This document shows positions 21,224-31,815 of a stretch of DNA of 38,678 bases, piece by piece. Source of the stretch: Craspedostauros australis (Eukaryota). The notes under the pieces are model-generated. The model saw only the letters and a list, made by a program, of their open reading frames with translations. It was not told the DNA's origin and searched no databases. Position 1 is the first letter of the stretch, and every line of letters begins with the position of its first letter. The stretch is from the NCBI GenBank assembly GCA_030167865.1, contig JALAGF010002372.1, forward strand, positions 1-38,678, given 5' to 3'. A program made the translations under genes and the position numbers.

Positions 21224-24200
21224 TCACTCCTGCGCCATAAGTCTCTGCTTGGTGTGCTCCCAAATGCAGATTGCTCCAGAAACGTGGACGTTGAGACTCC
21301 GGAGCATTCCCAGCTGCGGGATCTCAACGCACACATCGACGAGGTGGAGGAACTCCACGGGAATCCCCTCCTTCTCCTTGCCAAGGAGAAGCACCGTCGG
21401 TGATGACGAGAACTGCAGGTTCGTCAGCGGCACACTTGATGACGTTTGCTCAAGCCCGACGATGGTGTATCCCTTCTTCTTGTGCGTGATCAACCAGCGC
21501 GCCAAATTCTGTAAAGTTCACGGGGGACGATGTTGACAGTTGTGAGGGAATCGTATGTTTGGCCATCTCACACTTGTGCCCATTAGCGTGCCAGCATTGA
21601 GCACAGTGCCTGCACTCCAGTTGCTACTAATAATCAAGAGCCCAGCAGTGCTCCACTGATCTGCGGTTGTTTCCGGTGCAATTGACGCCACCACATACCA
21701 CACATCATGCAATGCATCCGCAATTCACGCGCAGCAAAGCAATCGACACTCCACAGCGTGGCACCACTTACTTCCTCCTTGCACTCCCTGATATCGATCC
21801 AATCTCCGGCACCAACGCTCAGGGCCTTGAAATTGTCCATCTTTGTGACATTCAAGTCTGGGATGACGAGGCAGTCCGCTGCAAAGATCTCTGCCGTTCT
21901 TGCCAGGCCTCCGAGATTGGGTATCTTGTCAACGAGAGAGGCACACACGACGAGATCCTGCTTGCGTCGGCTCATCACGTTCTGAACTTTCTTCTCCCTC
22001 AAATCTTCCAGCTGCAAATTCAGCGCATCTAACGGCGTGATTTTGCGCTGCACCTGGACCTGCGTCGCGTCGTCACTGATGATGGAATCGGCCGGCACTC
22101 GCAGCCTCTTTTCTGTCTCCTGTAGCTTCTTCCACGAAGGCAGGGACGCCTCGTCTTGGTGAGCCTCCGCATACACTTGCTGCAAGCACTCCTTGATACA
22201 GTCCATCGCACTCAGAGGATCAACTTCGTTCGTTTCATCCAGCGACATGTTCAAGATCCCTTCAAGTGTGCACGCATCCTCGATGCGGTAGGCACGGAAG
22301 AACTTCGTCTGCTTCTTCCTGAGCCTCGCCATTTCGCGGTTTTCCTTGAGGTACGCGAAGATGCTGCGGACGAGCCCCCATTCGGTGATTGTGTCACTAC
22401 TTTGACCACCGTCACTTCCCACGCTGGAAGCGTTCGCATCAGAGGCATCGAAGCTTTGCACCAGCTCAAAGACAAGCAACTGAGCGATTGCTCTGCTGAA
22501 CCCTTGGGTGCTGCTAAGCCAAGGGATTACCATCCGAAGGATCTCTTGCCGGGTTTCGATGGCCTGCGGCCCCTCCCAGAAAACGGTCAACTTGTATCGA
22601 CCAACAATCCAATTCCCACCGATGATCATCTATTGTGTGGGGATATTCGTTTCGCGCATGTATGGTGTAGTATGGTGCAGTATGTGTGGTATTGCGTACG
22701 TGTGAGTATCGAAGTACCAAAGTTCCGTGGAATTGGAGCACGCACAAGAGACAGCAAGTGAAGGAATGGTGCAAGTAGTGCATGCGGACAGAAGAAGAAG
22801 AAACCGATAGCAAATCATGCAACCAGATATGAGTCGAGTCATAGTATTTGGAGGCATTGTTGCATGTGGAACAGAAGACAACGAGCAAGGCATCTGTGAT
22901 GATGTGTTTGCACCGGCAACGCAGAGCGAGGGCGCGGGACGATCAAACTATTGCGTCAATCGCAGGGGCAAAAAAAGAGAGCAGGGCAGCCCGTGTGCAC
23001 AAACGCGGATCGCATCATCGATTGACAAGGTGTGACGTACCAGTGAGGACACGTGCTGGAGCGAGAGATTGTTGTTCTTCAGCGCTTTCATCCATTCTTC
23101 GATGAAGACGGATTGAAATCGTACTCCGCAGGATATGATGAAAATCTCCACGAAATATCGCACCTGCCCGTACAATGGTTCGCCGAGCGCAACAAATGCA
23201 CTTATACAGATCTGAGCGGCATTGGCGGCTGTAATGAACTTGGACAGCACGCAGATCGCCTGCCATGCTCGTATCTTCTTGCAATATAGCGGTGCACCCT
23301 TCATCAAGAGGGAGCCATGGCGGACAGGCTGGGGTTTGGCCTTCTCCAATAGCTGCTGGATGATTGGGAGCACTAATTTGTGTGTCACCTCGTCGCACCC
23401 AGCTTCATTTCCTTCTGCAGGTTCTGGAAGCTTCGAGAGGAACACCAGAGCGAAGGTGCGCGCCAGGCTCTGTTCGTTGGCGGCCCTGACTTCGCGGTCC
23501 GTCGGGATACCATCGAGGATCTTCTCGACGCTCTGGTTTGATGCGCACTCGTCAATCTCAGATTCCTTGTGAAGCAAGAGGTCAACGATGTCATCGCAGT
23601 ACGGGATCGCATTTCGCCCGGTTTGAGCGCCGGACTGTTCAGCATCACCATGCAGCCACGCGCCGACGATGTGCGTCAGAGCCACGCGCGTGAGGTGAGG
23701 CTTCAACGTACTGGCCCGGGTCACGATTTCACGAAATGCTTTGCGCACCGGCAGTTCGAAGTCTGGATCATGACTAAGGTACTCAAACTCTTGACGCAGG
23801 ATATGCTCCTGGAAGAGCAGCATGCAAATCTCGTTCAGCATGTAAGTGGAATCGTAGCTGTCCTTGCAGTCATCCATCGCGCTGAACAAGGCGTTCACGA
23901 GGTTTGTCATTGTGGTGGCATAATTTGACGAGTCCTTCGCGCTCTCGCTGTTGCCCGTGGATAGGCTTGAGATCATCTGCTTCCCACATGAAAGTATGCA
24001 TTGGAACAGTGGGACCAAAGCTTCGGCTGGCGTTGCTTGGACCTCCTCCACGATCGTATCCATGAGACTCTCGATGAGCATGTCGATGCCAGCTTTCTCG
24101 CTGTCCTCCAGCCGTTCTGTTGAATTCAGCACGCACGGGATTAGATGGGACAGGGAACCCCACTTGGAGTACTGCAGAAGCGTCCGTACTCGTTTCAACC

Positions 24201-27200
24201 ACTTCTTGTCCGCCCCCTTCGCATCCTTTCCAAGCCTTAGGTGGGATACCACGCGCCAAGCGTCAAGAGCTTCGCGACGGGACAACGATGCGCCAGATGA
24301 AAGGGCTGCGTAGACCAAGATTGAATTCTCAATCTCGTCGGTTGGCGTGTTCGCCCTTGCGCTTTCTGCGCCGCTGCTGCTGGGATCGCCCGTTGCGGAT
24401 TGGCTGCTCATGGACTTCAAGGCTGTCTGGAGATTGTCTCGCATCCGCGTTTGCACGGAGATGCTGGATGGGAATGCGGTACCCAAGACATTCAGCGTTG
24501 ACAAGATTTCCACAAACGTCGCTGATGTGTGTCGCGTGTTGGATGACCGTGCACTTCCTCCTTGCACTGTTGATGAATCGCGCCCGCTCATGTCTGTCAG
24601 CATGGCCAGATGATGCAGAATGAAGTCCATCGCAGATGAGAGCAAGCCTTCGATTCCTGCGGGCAACGGCATTGGCCGATTCGAAGGACCGTGGATCACC
24701 GCGGACCCGTTACCCAGCCCAGAGAGCTCTTTGATGCAGCTGCCGTACCTCAGCAACAGAACTGCGCGCGATACTTGGGCACAGTTCATCCCTTTCGTGC
24801 TGATTGCCAGCGCCGAATGCTTCAGCCCCTTTTGGATCGCGGGCCAAAGCAGCATCGACGCATTGCTCTGCTTTTGCTGCTTCGCAGCATCTGGTTGCAC
24901 GTCTCCCACAAACCTTGTCGCCAGCGCAGTAAGGAGGACGATGGCCCACGATGCGTCCATCTCCCACGCCGTGGATCCACGGAAGTAGTCCCATGAGTCC
25001 CGTTGAATCGACACAAAGCCTCCCGAAACAAACCCGCTGGCAACGGCCGCAGCGAGAACCGTGGCTTCAGTCCCCAAATTCGCGGTCCACCTGGAAAGCT
25101 CTCTTGCTATCGCATCATCCTCGATCCGCCACTCCGGCGATTGGATGTCGAAGTACTTGAATGAGAAGATGCCGAGGACATCAACGACAACCTCTGGCGA
25201 CCAAGCCTCCTCCGCTGGGCGGCAGATGGCCAGGATTTTGGCGAGCGATAGCAACAGCGCCTTCTGTTGTGATAGCACGACGGAGGACTGTTGGAACATG
25301 TTGGTGAAGAGACGAGCGACGTTGCTGAGCATTGCGTTATTCGCGCGGAATGCCACACCCGTCGGCGTACTCCTCGCAACCGAGTCAAAGACTGTCACGA
25401 CTGTCTTCACATGCAGATCTGCCCATGTCTGAGGGTCCCAAAACAATCGCCAGAAGCACTCCGTGGTCGGGGGTTGCTGTTTGATGATTTCAAGATAGGC
25501 ATCCCAAAACTCACAGAAGAGGTCGACCAGGTCGCATTGCTCCTGCATCTTGCCTCTATCGGCAGGTGGTAGCTTGTAACCAAGACTTCTCAATGAGTTC
25601 CAAGAAGGGAGGACGGTGAACAGCATGAACTCTGCATCGATGATTGACAAGACAAAAGCGGAGTCTGCTGCGACAGAGTTGCACGGACCAGATGCTGACG
25701 ATGGCACTGTTTTGGCTGCGTCACCCTGCTTCCCACTGTCTTGGGCCGTGCCGCGGCTGAATGAAATCGCCAGCTCGCCGCTGAGCAATTGATGCAAGGC
25801 CGTTTTCCGCATCGTGGGACGTTCACACCACAGGGCGCGCTTTACCAACAGACCTATCCATGGCGGGCTCACGGACATGATGTTCGGGTTTGCGTTGTCA
25901 CCTGCGGGGATGTTGGTGTCACCAAGCGTTGGCCGTCCTTGCTGGTCTGGGGATGGATGCAGCTCATGGCACTTGATGACAAGCTGCCGCACCGTCGTCC
26001 AGATCTGATTGACCAAGTGCTGCTCGCTCTCCATTTCGATCATCTCGAAGCAGGTGATGTATGGATTCCACAGCGGGTCGCAGCCGGAGGAGATGATGCG
26101 GAGGAGGAAGAGACATCGCTTCCTCAGCAGGGCCGACCGATCATCCGAGAGTTCTTCGAGCTGAATCGATCCTTGGGCGAGGCCACTTCGAACTAAGTCC
26201 CACAGCCTGCTGTCGTGCAGACTGATTTCGTGCTGTCCGTGGGATGGCACCTGTTGGTCACGGTGCACGGTCATCCCGAAAGACTCGTCGGAAGAAATTT
26301 GGTGAACCATTGGGCAAAGGATCCCCGTGAGGATCAGGAGCATCCACTCCTTGTCATCGGAAAACGCACGGCATTTCTCCCATCTGGACAGGATGTCGTT
26401 CCAATACCCAATCAGGTATGGTCGATGCTGTGCGCTGGCAACCATCACCGCATCTTCGTCAGATGATAGCCGTGCGAGCAGCCGCAGGAGGTCTTTCCTC
26501 TCATTCTCCAGCAAAGGGCCTCGTTGGTGATCTGGGGATCCGATGCCATCTGACGAAGCGGCGCCCTCTGTGGTCGTAACCATGGCCAGCATGCTTTCTA
26601 GTTTGTGGTAGAAGCTCTTCAGCACGGCATCGGGCGTGGGGGAGAAGCAGGACACCAGTTTGGCCAGAATGCGTGCAGCAATGGAGCTGTCGGATCCTTC
26701 GCAGGAAGATAGCACGCCGCCAAGCAATGCAACATCCTTCACAGATAATGATTCCATCGCCGCAGATCCTGATTGCAGAATGCGGAACATCGAATCAAAG
26801 AATTCATCGCTGATGTGCTTGTCGCCGATGTGTCCCATCATCATGAGGTGCGGGAAGACCACGCAGCAGAAGACTGACATAGATTCTGCGTTGCAGGCCA
26901 GGTACTCGATCGTGATGAGGCGTTCCAGCTCCTTGCAACTCTTCATGATGTCGTGAAACCTCTGCTTGTCGGATCCTGATGGGAATGAAATCGCCGATTT
27001 CATACGATGCATCATGTCGATGTCCGACGCCGCATGTTTGCTGCTATATGGTTGCTGTGGTTGCTGTGGTTGCTGTGGTTGTTGTACCTCCTTGATCTCA
27101 TCCTTGGCTTTCGGTTCCGTTCTGTCTCTGTCACCAGCCAGTCGTCGGATGAAGACACGGCCAATACCCGCGACTTGTTCCAAGGACAGGTCCTGCACAT

Positions 27201-27264
27201 CGATTTCTCCCACAGATCGTAGCACGAGATCGACCTCGTCGGCGATGAACCACATGCTTGCCAT
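21224..27264 (-). CDS. TARBP1: tRNA (guanosine-18-2'-O)-methyltransferase, TARBP1/Trm3 (SpoU/SPOUT domain)
   Basis: Exon 1 27264-23041, intron 23040-22630 (GTACGT...TAG), exon 2 22629-21772, intron 21771-21509 (GTAAGT...CAG), exon 3 21508-21224; about 1788 aa. The C-terminal SpoU motifs LVVCASLVDKIPNLGGLARTAEIF, IVGLEQT, LLLGKEKEGIP, VEIPQLGMLRSLNVHVSGA follow a long helical N-terminus. The start codon is uncertain. Confidence 0.9.
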
Positions 27265-28541
27265 TCTGCCTGCAGAAGGATGGCGGTGTTGGTGGTTTCG
27301 TCTCCTGTCGATCTCGCTGCGCATATGTGGCTGCGTATGGCTTCGTGTAATTGCACAAGGGGTGCTCCTGCGCGTGAAGATGTTTCGTCGCGAGTGCCTT
27401 GTTGATTCCCTCTGCTCGTCCGTACTGGACTGCTCTCTCCGACTCGTTCTTTGTCGGGCTGCAGAAGATACAGAGGGAGGAGCCATGAGAGCCAACATCA
27501 GCGGCACCGAGAGAGGTGACGAGCGTCAACATCCATCGCATCCGCCCACGGCCCACATTTAGCGGAGGGAAGATCTGTGCGCATTTTCCCTTGTTTTGTG
27601 ACATTGTTGGTGTCGCATTTGGTAATGAGCTCAATAGGTGTGGGCTACGCGGAGCGAGAGTAGATGCTGTCGGCAGTCGAAAGAGCATCGTGCAGATCGT
27701 AGAGTACCTGCATACAGGTGATGCAGGACGGTATGTGCAATAGGTAAGCATGGCAGAGTGTCAAGAGCGCCTGCTACACACGATAATGAAGCAGACTACT
27801 CTATATTCTGATCAAATCTCTGGAGGGCCCTACGTACGCAACAAGGTTCCTCCTTGCTCGCTCCAAGCTGATCTCCGCGTGTTGACATGGCAAGGAGGCA
27901 GGTGCACTGAGGACATGTATTGGTAGGGTAATACTCGCCAGCGGCAGTCTTCATCGAGTAGTATGAATGTATGCACATAGCACGTCCTCCAGCTACTTTC
28001 AGAAGGAGGACATGCGAGTTCAAGTCCTCTTCCGCAACGTGTGGTCCCGTGGGGTGCATGAATTCTTGTACTTTGATGATCTTGTAGCTGCGGGTACAAG
28101 AAAGTAATTTACAATCGGTGGCACTATGTTATTCATGTAATGTTACTTGTCCGCTTCCAGATGGTTGCATGTCGTTGTTGTTCCTGATGTCACGCCAACG
28201 GCGACTCATGCAATAATCTGTGAGGGAGACAAGGTCGTGAACCATACTAACGGCACGGGCAGTCGATGAGACCCGTGGCTGGTCTTGAAGTTTCGTCTGC
28301 TCGCTTTCCTTCTTTCATCTTGTCGCTGGGTGTGGTGGTGGCACCATCTCGAATATTCTGAGCGGAAAGCGAGACTTATCTCTCTGGAACAAATGGACTG
28401 AGACGGACCCTACGGTGGGTACACGCCAAAACGTCGATCGCGTCAAGCAACGAACGAACGAAGAAGGAGCGAGGCGCAGGAGCGGACCGATCACGAGATC
28501 GTTCCAGCTGGACGATTGCTGCGCCCCGGGTGACTTTTCTT

Positions 28542-30105
28542 TTAGGTCAGCACGCCGTCGCTGGGGCGACTCTCACGGTTCCTACTCTTTGACCGGCGGC
28601 TGCGCGATCCTCCGCGGCTCGATCTCTTGCCGTCTTCTCGGCTCTTTTTCTTCTTCGACTGCCTGTACTTGCGCATCATCATGGCTCTACGTCTGCGACG
28701 GTTGGTGAAGAGGATGCCGGTGAAGAGGATGAGAGAGGTGAGCAAGAAGAGGCCGCCGACGGCGTACTTCAGCTTCGTCACCCATGACTTCTGACTTCCA
28801 AACCCGCGGTTGCTGAAGAAGCTGCCAGTGGGACCAGCCGAAAAGCCGGAGCTGGAGCTCCGTGAGTTGAAGACAGCGCTGTCCTGGCACAGTGAATGGT
28901 CGTACGAGCTACACGGCTCTGAGTAGTACACCAGCTTGTGGATGAGGGAGTCATCCACAGCGTCACCGCCAGTGTACTGCACGTTGCATTTCTGGTAGTT
29001 GTCCATCTTCTTGTTGAGATTGCTAAGGGAGTTGTACACGGTTCCGGTGCGAGAATTGCAGTACTCATCGCTGAAGGTCCCGATGACGAAATCGTTGCCG
29101 TTGCAGTCAAGTCCGAGGTATCCGTTGTCACCTTGCCCGCACACGGGGAGTTCGTCGACTGCGTATCCATCATCGTCGTCGTTGTTGAATGCGCTGTTTC
29201 CATCGTACTGTTGCAGATAGTAGATGAATTCTGGCAGTCCTGCTGATGTTACGTACTGTGATTGCGGAGAATGCGTTGTGTTGTGCATCCGCGTTACGTT
29301 ACGTTACGGTACGTTACGTTGGGTGATGTTGCGTTAAGTGACGTATCGCAGCATTGTATAGGATGGGGCGTTTGTCAGTCATTGCAATGCGTTCGAAAGA
29401 AACGAGACGTCGGAGCAGCGTGCGGAAGGTGCTGAGTGAGTGCCTGTGTTTGGGCATGCGCAACATCGAAGGTGATGGTCTGTGCAAATTGGGATGGCTG
29501 CGTTGGATCCTCAGGTGGCAACCAAGAAAACAGCCGACGCAGGACGCAGGACAAAGCGCGATCCGCGATGCACCTAAGCATCATGGACGAGAATGGAACG
29601 CGAAATCTCTTTTTCTGTTGCCGGTTGTGCATCCCGAATCCAAGCCAAGGCGATGATTACATCGACGGCGACTTCGACACCAACATCAACACCTGAAGCA
29701 ACGTGAATGACGTACCGTCGATCGGAAGTTGCCGCTGTTGCATCCGCTGTTGCTGTACACCGAAAACACCACCTGCGGTCTCTTGCAGTTCGCCATCATG
29801 TACCAATTCGTGGTGCCGTCCTCGCTCTCATCCTGCAGGCAGCCGACCTCTTCGTTGTCCTCCACATCGGCCCAGACGCAGCCTTCGACCTTCATGGAGA
29901 GGCCCGAGTCGGAGTACAGCCAATCCTGCGCGAAGACGTTGCCGTAGTTCGATTCCACGACTTCGTTGTCGCTGTTGCCGTTGCCCCAGCCTCCCGCAAC
30001 TCCAAGCGGCAATGCGATACCGACCATCATGGCCAGCATGGCGCTCCTTGATGCGCAACGTATCATCTTCATCGTCGTCGTCGTCGTTGCCGTCGTCACC
30101 TTCAT
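28542..30105 (-). CDS. Cys-rich type I membrane protein, silicanin-like (putative silica deposition vesicle or cell-surface protein)
   Basis: Exon 1 30105-29716 (start uncertain among several Met), intron 29715-29256 (GTACGT...CAG, phase 0; RST|YVT), exon 2 29255-28542; about 367 aa. Signal peptide, acidic N/D-rich lumenal part with 10 Cys (YLGLDC...FVIGTFSDEYC), one TM helix (YAVGGLFLLTSLILFTGILF), very basic R/K/S tail. The CDS is solid; the family call is tentative. Confidence 0.65.
29292..29320. repeat. (CGTTA)n / (TAACG)n intronic microsatellite
   Basis: cgttacgttacgttacggtacgttacgtt near the 3' end of the intron. Confidence 0.85.
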
Positions 30106-31000
30106 CCTTGCCTTCGTGCTACTGTTTGGTGTTGCTGCTCTCAGTTGCACTTTGCCCGTCTGATGTTGTCGGCTTCTTTGCCTATGTCGCTTGAGAGGAT
30201 CGTGCACAGAGCAAGAGAGTGTCGGAATAGCTGATCCTGCTGCGCGGCCGCGTCCCGTTCGTACACTTGGCTTCGGTGGGGCGAGATGATCGTCGCAACG
30301 TCACGTTCGAGTATGGCATGTACAGGTCCCAGTGAGGCTGCCAGCGATGCTTTGCGAATAGCTCACCCTTGTGTTCCAGGAGAGTGCGAGTTTAGCTCGT
30401 ATAGTGGGGAGAGTGTCGAACACGGCGGTGAGTTGTTCTCTTGTTGTGTTGCTGGGCGATTTCGTGGTTGCTTTGACGTTGTTTCTCCCGACACCGAATC
30501 GCTTCTCTCTCTTTGTCTCTCCCTGACAGGCACACACACACCTGCATGCACCAACAAACACAAACACAGAGAGAGAGAAGGAAATGGAGCTCGAACACGA
30601 GCAGACAAACAAAAGGAGGGGCAAAAGAGAGCCAGACGATCATTCGTTTCGGCGAAATCTCAATGGATGCTGGAGCTGGAATACAAAATATTCATGCATT
30701 AATATATTTATACTCACAGTCCGGTTGGCGCCTGCAATGGTGTCTGGCATCTAACTGTTTCAAACAGCCTGACACCAACAGACTGACACAAGAACATGTG
30801 TGTCCCATGAGCAGTTCCGCGCCGAGGCTGGCGGACGTCATGTGCATCCGACAATCGGCGATCCAACTGTTGGCTGCTCACAATTCCGTTCTTCCGTTAG
30901 GCTCCTCCTGCTTTCCCACATGAAGATACCATCGATGGCAGTGATGGAGGAGCATACGATCGGTTGTGTTCAGCGCCACTTCCGTGATGTGCGAGAAGAA

Positions 31001-31080
31001 CGAATGGATGAACGAACGAACGAACGAACGGACGACGACAATGAACGAATGAATGAATGAATTAATCAATCAATCAATCA
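31001..31080. repeat. Compound (GAAC)/(GAAT)/(CAAT) microsatellite
   Basis: gaacgaacgaacgaacgaac...gaatgaatgaatgaat...aatcaatcaatcaatc. Confidence 0.8.
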
Positions 31081-31815
31081 GAGGAGGAGCAGAGTGCAAT
31101 GGCTCTCTCCGGTCCACTCTCCCAGCACTCTGCGCGATGCTGCGATCCGCTCTCCTCTGTCCGTTTTCCGACCAATTGCTCTCCATTCTTCTTCTCGTCA
31201 GCGTACCCCAACGACAGCACCTACTCTCTTGCAGGTGGATATTTCCAAGGCCCAAGTTTGTGACAATCAACGACAGCCGCGGTGAGAAGGACATCACGAC
31301 CATTCCTGCCATCCGCACACAAGGACATCGCGAGGCGAACCAACATCAGATCGCAGAGCACCAGAAGGCGAAGAACTGGAACCACTCAGGATTGCCGTCT
31401 CCCCCCCCAGGCAACGTTCCGCTCCTGCTTATACCCGGGCTCCTGCCAGAACGCGACGACCAGTCCACACCATCGCCAGCACCACCAATACCAGCGCGAA
31501 CGCTGTCGCTGCCGTCATCGTTGTTGTCGTCGATCGGAAATTCGTTCACATCTCTTTGCAGTGCAGAACCGTGAAGTGCGACAGCGCAACCGTGGAGGCA
31601 TACGCACACGTGCACGCATTCACTGACTCTCCATCGACCAAACGGAGCTGCGATCACTCGAAGGACCGGAGACGACTCGTCGAAACGAACCAGGCAGTTC
31701 CAACCCTGATTGTAGTGTTGCTGGCTTGCAGACAGTACTCGAATCGAGACCTGCTCAATCGAAGCGGCTCAGTTGGCGTTTTCACGTTGCGAACTTGAAC
31801 TTCGTCCAACTGAAG

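Noticed and set aside
28005-28030. tRNA T-loop/B-box-like GAGTTCAAGTC
   Set aside because: No T-stem complementarity or cloverleaf.
8808-29715. Intronic snoRNAs in the longer introns
   Set aside because: No sense-strand C box (RTGATGA) with D box and terminal stem found by eye; an Infernal/Rfam scan would be decisive.
31053-31574. 173-aa ORF with an acceptor-like CTCTTGCAG upstream of the LRR gene
   Set aside because: It starts inside a microsatellite, has no recognisable domain, and I found no donor linking it to a gene.
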